A DNA stretch of 64,000 nt from the NCBI GenBank assembly GCA_963789815.1, contig CAWBMG010000007.1:920079-984078 (forward strand). The letters run 5' to 3'. The DNA comes from an uncultured Acidobacteriota bacterium (GTDB lineage Bacteria; Acidobacteriota; Vicinamibacteria; Vicinamibacterales; UBA2999). Below the pieces are notes generated by a model, which had not been told where the DNA came from, ran no database searches, and saw nothing but the letters and a program-made list of their open reading frames with translations. Below, piece by piece: positions 55,209-63,663 of the stretch; position 1 is the stretch's first letter, and the number at the start of each line of letters is the position of its first letter. Position numbers and translations under genes: made by a program.

Positions 55209-55278
55209 GGTACCAGACGAAGCGTATCGCCGGCGGTTGGGATGATGCAACCTGGGCGGTTTGAGCTTGCGGTGCCCC

Positions 55279-56661
55279 CTATTTCTTCAACAGCACCGGC
55301 CAGTTGAGCACGATCGTCATCGGCGGCGACGCGGATTCGACAGGGACGTTGAGCAGATAGCGTTGGCCGTCGGCGGAAACGGCGTACGTCTGTCGGAAGT
55401 CCGTGAGATTGAGCGTCGTCTGGAACAGCGCTCGTGGGGTTTCGGCCTGGAGGGTACTGGCGGTCTTCACGGTCACGGCCATCAGCTTCCGATCGAGTGC
55501 GAGGTAGAACAGCTCATTGCTGTCGCGGCGCCATCTCGGCTGGGTGCCACCGTCGGTTGAGATCTGCCACTTGCCAGCGAGCGTCGGGAACGACTGCACG
55601 TAGATCTGCGGTCCGCCAGACTCGTCCGATACGTAGGCGATCCACCTGCCGTCGGGCGAGAACTGCGCCTGGCTTTCATTGAAGTCGGAGCGCAGGAACG
55701 GCATCGGCTTTCGGTCACCGGCAAGTGGCAGCACCCACACGTCAAGGCCCGTCTTGGCGTCGGTGCGGTAGTAGGCGAGAAACTTTCCGTCCGATGACCA
55801 GTCGGAGGGGAACACGATGGGAGTCGCGTTCAACGTGAGAAGGAGCTCGTCAGGTCCGCTGGCGTTGGCGGGTCGCTGATAGATATCGAGTCCACCATTC
55901 TGCGTTGAGGCAAACGCAACGGTACGGCCGTCCGGCGACCATAGGGGCACGTTGTTGATTGGAGGTGTGAAGGTGAAGCGTGACGTGATCCGCCGCTGGA
56001 GGTCCAGGATCCAGACGTCGAAGCCGGTCGGGCCAATGCGAGCGAACGCCACTCGTTGGTCGTCAGGCGACAGCGCCACTTGATCGTAGGCTCCGGGAGG
56101 TGCAGCCACACCAACTGAACGGCCCGCCCGGTCTACCCAGACGAGTTGAGTCTGCGCCCCAGTGGCCGATCGGTAGATCAACGAGCCAGTCTCGGAAACT
56201 CCATAACCTCCACCGAACGTGCCGCCGACTCGTTCGGCGATGGGAACGGCCTCGCCACTGGTGACAAGCGTGGTCGCGTCGAAGGGCTGCGCCATCAGCG
56301 TCGATTCGCGCAGGAACAACAAATAGCCAGGTGGTGAATAGATTGCCCCATTAATTCCGCGAAATACCGTCTTCACGTCCATCGAGTCCAGCGAACCCAC
56401 GAGAGTGCTGCCACTGTTCGGCCCCGAGCTTGCCGCAAACAGAAAGTGTCGACCGTCCGGCAGGAAGAACGGAGCACCGTGGACCACATCGCGGCGTGAT
56501 GGGTCGAGGACTGTCACCGGCATCGGGGCGCCGCCTCCAGCAGGCAGCCGCTGAAGCGGGCTGCCAACGTTCGACGCGAAGATGATGACGCCGTCCCGGC
56601 TCCACGTTCCGCCGAATGGGAGCTGTCGCGTCCGCAAGCGTCTGCGCCGGCCCACCGTCAA
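55279..56661 (-). CDS. PD40/TolB-like beta-propeller region; C-terminal part of a frameshifted Ser/Thr kinase
   Basis: Repeated PD40 motifs (LSPDDQRVAF, WSPDGRTVAF, FSPDGRWIAY) and the end LNWPVLLKK, as in the intact paralogs. Meaningful sequence in this frame starts at about 56620. Confidence 0.8.
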   Translation of the reverse strand: MTVGRRRRLRTRQLPFGGTWSRDGVIIFASNVGSPLQRLPAGGGAPMPVTVLDPSRRDVVHGAPFFLPDGRHFLFAASSGPNSGSTLVGSLDSMDVKTVFRGINGAIYSPPGYLLFLRESTLMAQPFDATTLVTSGEAVPIAERVGGTFGGGYGVSETGSLIYRSATGAQTQLVWVDRAGRSVGVAAPPGAYDQVALSPDDQRVAFARIGPTGFDVWILDLQRRITSRFTFTPPINNVPLWSPDGRTVAFASTQNGGLDIYQRPANASGPDELLLTLNATPIVFPSDWSSDGKFLAYYRTDAKTGLDVWVLPLAGDRKPMPFLRSDFNESQAQFSPDGRWIAYVSDESGGPQIYVQSFPTLAGKWQISTDGGTQPRWRRDSNELFYLALDRKLMAVTVKTASTLQAETPRALFQTTLNLTDFRQTYAVSADGQRYLLNVPVESASPPMTIVLNWPVLLKK

Positions 56662-56678
56662 CGTCGATCTTTTTCAGC

Positions 56679-57923
56679 TTACCGCGCGCGAAGAACCCGA
56701 TCGATCGGCCATCCGGTGACCAGAACGGTGATGTCCCATCCTCGGTACCAAGTAAGCGGGCGCGCGGAAAGCGAGTCAAAGGAGCGGACCCACAACATCG
56801 AGGCTCCGTCGACACCTGAGGCCGCGAAGACAAGCTGCCGGCCATCTGGAGCAATCGCCTGCGCCCATGGGTCAGGGCTGAAGTTCATCTTCTCGGGCGG
56901 GAGAATCGTGAACTGACTCGCCGGAACCGGTGCAGCAGGTGCGCCCCGTGTCGCGAGCATCGCCACGAGACCAAGCAGCGCCACGAGCGCAACACCAGCG
57001 ATGGCCCAGGCGATTCGTTCACGCGATCGATTCGCCGAGGCGATCGTCACTGCGGAGGCCGGGACCGACTCAGCAATCCACGTGAGCTGCCCCTTCACGT
57101 CGCGCGCTGACTGCCATCGATCTTCGGGATCCTTCGCAAGACATCGCGCCACCAGCTGATCGAGCGCGGCGGGCGACAGCGTCCGCAGCCCAGACACTGG
57201 AAGCGGCTGCGACGACATGATCGACGAGATCAAACTCGCGTGACTCTTCCCTCCGAATGCCTTCCGTCCGGTTAGCATCTCGTAGAGCACAGCACCGTAC
57301 GCGAAGATATCCGTTCGCGCATCGGCTTCTTTGCCTTCGAGTTGCTCGGGCGCCATGTACTGAAACGTGCCGAGAATCGTTCCCTCCGCCGTCAGCGCCG
57401 GCGGCGTCGTCGGCAACATCGACAGCCCAGCCCCTGCGCCAACGGCCGTCGACGTTTTCGCAAGCCCGAAGTCGAGAAGCTTCGCGCCCTGCTTCGTGAG
57501 CATCACGTTCCCGGGCTTCAAATCGCGATGGACGATGTTGGCACCGTGCGCCTTGTCGAGCGCGTCAGCGATCTCGATGGCGATGCGGTATGCGTCGGCG
57601 AGTTCCAGCGCACCGCGATCGAGTCGCGTCGCCAGTGTCTCTCCCTCGAGATATTCCATCACGAGGTAGTCGATACCGTCGTGGCTCCCAACGTCGTGAA
57701 GAGTGCAGATGTGCGCGTGCGTCAACGAAGCAATCGTCTTCGCTTCGCGCTCGAACCGGTCGCGGAAGGTAGAATCGCCAGCCAGCGCCGCCGGGAGGAT
57801 CTTGATCGCGACAGGACGATTCAATCTCGTGTCACGCGCCTTGTAGACTTCTCCCATACCACCGGCGCCGAGCGGAGACTCAATCTCGTAGGGCCCAAGT
57901 CGGACTCCGGAAGCAAGCGGCAT
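56679..57923 (-). CDS. Ser/Thr protein kinase domain plus TM helix; N-terminal part of the frameshifted gene
   Basis: Kinase motifs: GAGGMGEVYKARD, HRDLKPGNV, DFGLAK, APEQ. TM segment AWAIAGVALVALLGLVAM. Meaningful sequence in this frame ends at about 56751. Confidence 0.85.
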   Translation of the reverse strand: MPLASGVRLGPYEIESPLGAGGMGEVYKARDTRLNRPVAIKILPAALAGDSTFRDRFEREAKTIASLTHAHICTLHDVGSHDGIDYLVMEYLEGETLATRLDRGALELADAYRIAIEIADALDKAHGANIVHRDLKPGNVMLTKQGAKLLDFGLAKTSTAVGAGAGLSMLPTTPPALTAEGTILGTFQYMAPEQLEGKEADARTDIFAYGAVLYEMLTGRKAFGGKSHASLISSIMSSQPLPVSGLRTLSPAALDQLVARCLAKDPEDRWQSARDVKGQLTWIAESVPASAVTIASANRSRERIAWAIAGVALVALLGLVAMLATRGAPAAPVPASQFTILPPEKMNFSPDPWAQAIAPDGRQLVFAASGVDGASMLWVRSFDSLSARPLTWYRGWDITVLVTGWPIDRVLRAR

Positions 57924-58034
57924 GAGATGCGCGATTATAGGTGCTTCGCGCGCCCGCTGCGGCGTGAGCGTATAGGTGACCGGCGAATCGCGATCGGAGT
58001 CTACGTGGCGGGCAGCGTACGGAATCGGTTCGTT

Positions 58035-58140
58035 CTACTCGTACCGAAGGGCTCTCGTCGGCTCGATGCGTGCAGCGCGGCGCGCCGGCAGATATGCCGC
58101 TAGCGCGGTGATCGCTAGTAGTGCCGTCGTGGTTATCAGG
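58035..58140 (-). pseudogene. remnant of an FtsX-like (MacB/ADOP-type) ABC permease 3-prime end
   Basis: Minus-strand translation ends ...TALLAITALAAYLPARRAARIEPTRALRYE-stop, the conserved C-terminus of FtsX-family permeases. No upstream body of the gene is present. Confidence 0.5.
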
Positions 58141-58245
58141 TACTCCGCAATGCCCCGCTGGCCGCCGCTGCCGCCGGGGAAGGCGGCCCGCAGCGCGCGA
58201 TCGGCGAGCAAGCAGTCAGGAGAGCGGCTTCGACCGTCGAACGTC

Positions 58246-59019
58246 TCAGGAACGCGACTTCCGGCTGAGAAAATACATCGTCATCGGCTTCGTGCCCTGC
58301 TCCACGACCTCGAAGCCCGCCGTCTCGAGCATCGTCCGCCACCGCACCGGATTCGCGCCCGGGTGGTGTGCCATGGCGTGAGGTGACGTGAGCAACGCCC
58401 ACCAGTCAACGTTGACGATCATCAGGAGAAACTCCCCTCCAGGCTTGAGGACACGTCCCGCTTCGGACAGCGCCTTCGGAATGCCATCGCGCCCGATGTG
58501 ATCGATCGCGTATGAGCTGATGACGCCGTCATATTCGCCCGTGCCGAGCGGCAACTCCCGCGCGTCGCCGACCAGCGCTTCGGCACGATGGGCCACGCCC
58601 GCGATTCGCGCGTTGCGCATGAACCGCTCCGGCGTGTTGTCGTCGATTCCGTAGTAGCCGCTGTAAATGTCCACGGCGGTGACGAGGACGCGCGGCCTCG
58701 CCAGGAGTAGGCCGACCGCTGCCCGGCCCGAACCGGCGCCCACATCCACGACCCGGCCGGATCCCGAAGCGAGAAACTGCTCTGTCGGCAACGGCTGCGG
58801 CATGTTGATGCCGAAGGCGTGGATGGTCACCAGGCTGACCATGGCCCATGCGGCAGGAAGGCTGAAAGCGACCACCAGCCAGCGCCGCCATCCAAGCCAG
58901 AGTCCCACCCCGGCAAGCCCGCCAAACAGCAATATCGGAATCAGCGGTCCCCAGACGACCGGCCAGCTATAGCCGAAGTCGTACGTAAATGGCGTTGTCA
59001 TGACAGATACAGTATCCAC
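58246..59019 (-). CDS. class I SAM-dependent methyltransferase with N-terminal TM helices
   Basis: Three N-terminal hydrophobic helices, then motif I VVDVGAGSGRAA and a post-I/II pattern (Methyltransf_11-like). Confidence 0.8.
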   Translation of the reverse strand: MDTVSVMTTPFTYDFGYSWPVVWGPLIPILLFGGLAGVGLWLGWRRWLVVAFSLPAAWAMVSLVTIHAFGINMPQPLPTEQFLASGSGRVVDVGAGSGRAAVGLLLARPRVLVTAVDIYSGYYGIDDNTPERFMRNARIAGVAHRAEALVGDARELPLGTGEYDGVISSYAIDHIGRDGIPKALSEAGRVLKPGGEFLLMIVNVDWWALLTSPHAMAHHPGANPVRWRTMLETAGFEVVEQGTKPMTMYFLSRKSRS

Positions 59020-59097
59020 CCGCCGGTGAACCCAGCATGAACGCTTAACCGCTTGGACCCTTCGGCAGCTGGCTATGCGCGTACTTCGAGGCGTCGC

Positions 59098-59134
59098 CTG
59101 ACGGAGGCCTCAGGGCGCGGTTGCGACTCCCGGC
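59098..59134 (-). promoter_or_regulatory. 37-bp conserved motif, copy 2
   Basis: CTGACGGAGGCCTCAGGGCGCGGTTGCGACTCCCGGC. It lies upstream (minus strand) of the methyltransferase gene. Confidence 0.3.
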
Positions 59135-59233
59135 CTGATGCCTCCTATGGTTTTCCTATCCCTTCGAGGCCGAAGTGCCGGTGGGGGTGGTAGCCGGGAG
59201 ATTCGGGATTTTCTCGTCCGGATACCAATACAC

Positions 59234-59470
59234 TTAGTGACAGCTCTCGCAGGCACTGTCGATCTCTGAGCCCACAGCGAGCACCGCGTCTTTGTCGTGC
59301 ACCTTCGCCGCGGCCATGGCCTTCACTGCTGTTGCCTGAAACGCGTCGGCTCTGCTGGCCCACGCCGCAGGATCCTTCGCCACTTTCTCTTCAATCTGGG
59401 TTGGTGTCAGCTCCGGGGCATCCGGCTGGCTCTTCGCGTTGGCGGCGGGACACTCGTGGCGATCCCACTT
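59234..59470 (-). pseudogene. cytochrome c fragment with C-terminal CXXCH (class II / cytochrome c-prime-like)
   Basis: The helical sequence ...AFQATAVKAMAAAKVHDKDAVLAVGSEIDSACESCH is followed directly by TAA. No signal peptide or N-terminal half is present. The same frame continues VYWYPDEK after the stop. Confidence 0.3.
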
Positions 59471-59576
59471 GATAGACGAGCACATGGCCTCCAACACCGA
59501 AAGCGCGCTCGACCGCCTGTTGATGGATTCAGGAAATGACGCCGAGATACTACAATCCGCTGGGCTGGTACCACGA

Positions 59577-62222
59577 ATGCGACTAAGTGTTGGCACTCGC
59601 GTCGGCCTATATGAAATTCAGTCGCTCATCGGCGCGGGCGGGATGGGCGAAGTGTACCGGGCGCGCGACACCGCGCTGCAACGCGACGTTGCAATCAAGC
59701 TGTTGCCCGAGGCATTCGCACACGACTCCGAGCACTTGGCGCGCCTGGGGCGCGAAGCCCGGATGCTTGCCTCACTCAATCACCCCAACATCGCCATCAT
59801 TCACGGCTTCGAGGACGCAGGCGGCACCTACGCGATCGTGATGGAGCACGTCGAGGGGACGACGCTTGCCGATCGCATCGCCCAAGGGCCAATGTCGATC
59901 GACGAGGTGTGGCCGATCGCGGAGCAGATCGCCGATGCACTCGAAGTCGCGCACACCCAGGCTATCGTCCACCGTGATCTGAAGCCCGCCAACATCAAGC
60001 TGCGCCCCGACGGCGTGGTGAAAGTGCTGGACTTCGGCTTGGCAAAGCTCACCCAAGACTCGGTACCCGGGCCTCCCTCCTCGCTGCCGGATCTAACGAA
60101 ATCGCCGACGATCACGACGCCAGCCTTGACGCAGGCGGGAGTCATTCTTGGCACAGCGGCGTATATGGCACCGGAGCAAGCCCGAGGCAAACCCACCGAC
60201 CAGCGGGCTGACATCTGGGCCTTTGGGGTCGTTCTCTACGAGATGCTCACGGGCCGGCGCCTCTTCAGTGGCGAGGACGTCACTGAGACCATCGCGGCCG
60301 TGGTCAAAGAACAACCCGATTTGACCCAGGTTCCCATTCAAGTACGCCGGCTGTTGGGGTCCTGCCTGCAGAAGGACCCGAAGAAGCGATTGCACGCGAT
60401 TGGCGATATGCGCCTTCTGCTGGACCACGCGACGCCGGCCATCGATGTCGCTTCCCGGCGACGCTTTGAGAACGTCGCCTGGGCCGCGGCGGGCGCGGCC
60501 GTGCTCAGCACAGCAGCGTTGGCGCTGGTTCATTTCCGCGAGGTGCCACCCGAAGCCCCGGTTATCCATTCCACCATCCTCGCTCCGGAAAAAGCGACAT
60601 TCGATTTCACGGACGGCAGGGGACTTCCTGCGTTGTCGCCGGATGGACGTCGTCTCGTGTTCGGTGCGCGGACCTCCGACGGCGCGACCCCGTTGTGGGT
60701 TCGGTCGCTGGACGGGTTGGTGGCCCAGCCTCTGGCCGGTACCGAGGGTGCGACGTTTCCATTCTGGTCGCCCGACGGCCAGTTCATCGCATTCTTCGCG
60801 GACGGCAAGCTCAAGAAGATCGATGCGTCGGGCGGCCCCGCACTGACGCTAACGGACGCACCCACTGGGCGCGGCGGGAGCTGGAGCCGCGATGGCGTCA
60901 TCATTTTTGCGCCGAGCTTCACCGCTGGGCCGCTTCTTCGCGTCTCTTCGGCCGGTGGTGCTGCGAGCCCGGTATCGGCTGAATCCGGGAGCTTCCCTTG
61001 GTTTCTGCCAGACGGTCGGCACTTCCTGTTCCAGGAGCAGCGTGGAAGCGACACCCAGAGCCTGCCGATTCGCGTGGGATCGCTGGAGGGTTCCCCAAGC
61101 GCCACCATCGCCGATGGTACGAACGCCATCTACGCGCGCGGTCATTTGTTGTTTCTCCGCGACAACACGTTGATGGCCCAACCCTTCGACACCGAACGCC
61201 TGGCCACCACGGGAGAAAGCGTGCCGGTCGCCGAGCGCGTTCAAAGCGTGCTCGGGAGCGGGAGAGTGGGGGTTTTCTCGGCCTCCGAGAGCGGTCTGGT
61301 CGCGTATCGGGAGGCGCCGGCCACCCTTGCGGTTCTGACGTGGTTCGATCGGGGCGGCCAGAAGGGGGCCTCGGTAGGCGACGCGACAAGGCAAGATGTA
61401 TTTGAACTCTCGCCCGACCAGAAACGGGTGGCCTCTGTCATACAAGGTCCGGAAGGCGAGGATATCTGGATCTATGACATCGTCGGTGGGCTTCGAACCC
61501 GACTTACCTTTGATGCCTCGCGGGACGTCGCTCCCGTGTGGTCACCTGACGCACGCAGCATCGTGTTCAGCTCGAACCGGAAAGGACGATTCGATCTCTA
61601 CCGCAAAGCCGTCGCAGGTATTGGCGTTGAGGAGCTGCTGTACGCGGATGATTTCGAAAAGTTCCCGAGGAGTTGGTCCCCAGATGGGAAATGGCTCTTG
61701 TACGAGAGTGCCGGATTCGCGTCGAAAACAGGGCGCGATCTGTGGGCTCTACCGATGGTGCCTGAGCGACCGGGCACGACTCTGAAACCAACTCCGTTGT
61801 TGCAGACCTCGTTTACCGAACTCAGTCCTCGATTCTCACCGGACGGCCGATGGATTCTCTACATCTCGAATGAATCGCAGCGTGTCGAGCTCTACGTCAT
61901 GCCGTTTCCGCCGCCGACGGCCGGCTCGAACGGCAAGCGGCAGGTGTCCACGGGCGGCGGGGGCGGCGACGCTCGCTGGAGACCTGATGGCCGGGAGGTT
62001 TTCTATACGAGCTCCGATCGGCAGTTGATGGCCGCTGAAGTGGTCATTGAGAACGACGTGCTCGAGGTCAGGACGGTGCGGCGGCTGTTCGCTCTGAGCG
62101 ACTCGCACAATGGAATGTTCGCTCCCATGATCGACGGGCGTCTTCTCATGCTCACCGCACCGGAGCGTCCACTCGACCAGCCGCTTACGCTCATGCAGAA
62201 CTGGTCAGCTGGGTTGAAGTAA
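59577..62222 (+). CDS. Ser/Thr protein kinase with TM helix and C-terminal PD40/TolB-like beta-propeller
   Basis: Kinase motifs: GAGGMGEVYRARD, HRDLKPANI, DFGLAK, APEQ. TM segment VAWAAAGAAVLSTAALALV. PD40 repeats: WSPDGQFIAF, WSPDARSIVF, FSPDGRWILY. Start placed at MRLSVGTRVGLYEI. Confidence 0.9.
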   Translation: MRLSVGTRVGLYEIQSLIGAGGMGEVYRARDTALQRDVAIKLLPEAFAHDSEHLARLGREARMLASLNHPNIAIIHGFEDAGGTYAIVMEHVEGTTLADRIAQGPMSIDEVWPIAEQIADALEVAHTQAIVHRDLKPANIKLRPDGVVKVLDFGLAKLTQDSVPGPPSSLPDLTKSPTITTPALTQAGVILGTAAYMAPEQARGKPTDQRADIWAFGVVLYEMLTGRRLFSGEDVTETIAAVVKEQPDLTQVPIQVRRLLGSCLQKDPKKRLHAIGDMRLLLDHATPAIDVASRRRFENVAWAAAGAAVLSTAALALVHFREVPPEAPVIHSTILAPEKATFDFTDGRGLPALSPDGRRLVFGARTSDGATPLWVRSLDGLVAQPLAGTEGATFPFWSPDGQFIAFFADGKLKKIDASGGPALTLTDAPTGRGGSWSRDGVIIFAPSFTAGPLLRVSSAGGAASPVSAESGSFPWFLPDGRHFLFQEQRGSDTQSLPIRVGSLEGSPSATIADGTNAIYARGHLLFLRDNTLMAQPFDTERLATTGESVPVAERVQSVLGSGRVGVFSASESGLVAYREAPATLAVLTWFDRGGQKGASVGDATRQDVFELSPDQKRVASVIQGPEGEDIWIYDIVGGLRTRLTFDASRDVAPVWSPDARSIVFSSNRKGRFDLYRKAVAGIGVEELLYADDFEKFPRSWSPDGKWLLYESAGFASKTGRDLWALPMVPERPGTTLKPTPLLQTSFTELSPRFSPDGRWILYISNESQRVELYVMPFPPPTAGSNGKRQVSTGGGGGDARWRPDGREVFYTSSDRQLMAAEVVIENDVLEVRTVRRLFALSDSHNGMFAPMIDGRLLMLTAPERPLDQPLTLMQNWSAGLK

Positions 62223-62240
62223 CGCAAAGAACTCCAGACT

Positions 62241-63296
62241 TCAGTGGATCACGAAATGCTCTTCTCGCAGCAGGGTCCCATCGGCTGCCCGCAGCTCGAC
62301 TTTCCAGTCGCCAGCACGGTCAGGACTGACAGTATTGCTGCTGAATGTCCGATACCCGCTGCTCTGATTCGCGCCAACGCGAAGCCGCATGACCTGATGC
62401 ACACGTTCGTCGCGGTACCAGCGATGCTCCACGGTCGTATCCACGTTCGACTGAAGTCGCGTGTAGAAGTGGTATGTCCCTGGTTGGAGATCTCCGCTTA
62501 CTGACGCGCACTGCCAGTCGGGCGACCCTTGCTTTTCAAGTGCGCGGCACAATTGAGCGTTGAGGACGGTTACCTGCGCGGGCGCGGTGGTCGTACCTCG
62601 CCCCTCGGGACGTTCCACAGGTGCCGGCGTCTCACCACGACTCGTCTCGAGTGTGACCGTGGGCTGCGGGTCACGCGTCGGAGCCGGTGTCGTGGACGAG
62701 GGTGTCGACTGGCTGCCGAGGAGAGATGGGCGCTCGGCCTCTTGGAAGGGCCTCGACGAGTCGCTGGTCCACCACCACAGCAAGGTGAGCAACACAGCGA
62801 CAACAACGCCCGCGCCCAGCGCCGCAACGGGGATCGTGCGAGGCGCGATCTCTTTCGTTACTGGAGCGAGCTCGAGTCGAAGCTCCGATCCGCTCGGTAC
62901 CTCGGGCCGCGGTTTGGCCGAGCGATTGGGCGAAGACGTCTCAACACCGGCCTGGGCGGCAGGCGGCGTCCAGACTGGAATTCCGCGCGCCACGCAGAAA
63001 TCCAAAAGGTTCTTGAGGCTGGTGGCGACGAAAGGATGGCCCGGTGCCAGCGATGCGACGGCGATCGCATGGGCGCGCCGGTAGCCTTGCTCGGCCTCGG
63101 CAAACTTGTCAGTACGCTCGCACACGGACGCCAGATTGTTGAGCGTGCTCGCGAGGTCTGGGTGCAGGGAACCGAGGCTGTTTTCCTGGATGACGGCGGC
63201 TTCACGCAGCAGCCGCTCGGCAGAGTGGTAGTCGCCAGCCCCGGCCGCCTCTTGGGCTGCTTCAAGCATCGACCGAGGATCGAGAACATCGGTCAT
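62241..63296 (-). CDS. TPR-repeat / TM / DUF2914-like domain protein
   Basis: N-terminal TPR_10/12-like repeats (LASTLNNLASVCERTDKFAEAEQGYRRA), one TM helix, a Pro/Thr-rich linker, and a C-terminal domain ending GYRTFSSNTVSPDRAGDWKVELRAADGTLL, as in DUF2914. Confidence 0.75.
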   Translation of the reverse strand: MTDVLDPRSMLEAAQEAAGAGDYHSAERLLREAAVIQENSLGSLHPDLASTLNNLASVCERTDKFAEAEQGYRRAHAIAVASLAPGHPFVATSLKNLLDFCVARGIPVWTPPAAQAGVETSSPNRSAKPRPEVPSGSELRLELAPVTKEIAPRTIPVAALGAGVVVAVLLTLLWWWTSDSSRPFQEAERPSLLGSQSTPSSTTPAPTRDPQPTVTLETSRGETPAPVERPEGRGTTTAPAQVTVLNAQLCRALEKQGSPDWQCASVSGDLQPGTYHFYTRLQSNVDTTVEHRWYRDERVHQVMRLRVGANQSSGYRTFSSNTVSPDRAGDWKVELRAADGTLLREEHFVIH

Positions 63297-63299
63297 GGG

Positions 63300-63508
63300 T
63301 CAGGATGCGCAGAGGCGAATGGCAAGTTGGCGCGGCAATTGATGCGTGAAGGAGGACGCGTCGAAATCCAGTGGTAAGAGCGCGGTCAGTTCCGGATCGC
63401 CTTGATGGTGTTCCGCTTGAACACATCTTTCAGATGGGCCACCGCCTGTCGGCACGGCTTGGTCCAAGTCGTGCCGACCTCGAGGAGCTTCACGTTCACC
63501 GTCGTCAT
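63300..63508 (-). CDS. possible dodecin-family small protein (apparent 1-nt deletion near 63392)
   Basis: GGGAGA RBS. MTTVNVKLLEVGTTWTKPCRQAVAHL... stops after 40 codons. Adding one base at the CC run continues ELTALLPLDFDASSFTHQLPRQLAIRLCAS-stop, giving 69 aa in total. Length and the VxLxExxGTSxxW...AV pattern recall dodecins. This is a weak call. Confidence 0.3.
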
Positions 63509-63663
63509 TGCTGTCTCCCATTGGGGCCCCTGGGCGCCGAGTACCCACAGCATACGACGCTCCGCGACGCCGATGCATGTCGCCGTCAGAGCGCGTTCCG
63601 CACGTGATCGTATTCGATTCCCGACGTGTTTCCGTCCCGGTTTGGGTGGTAACATCCGGCGCC

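Noticed and set aside
59234-59363. Read-through of the TAA after CESCH to give a longer cytochrome (…CH-x-VYWYPDEK…)
   Set aside because: It is attractive because the frame stays open for 29 more codons. However, there is no signal peptide or N-terminal half, so the locus is better described as a fragment.
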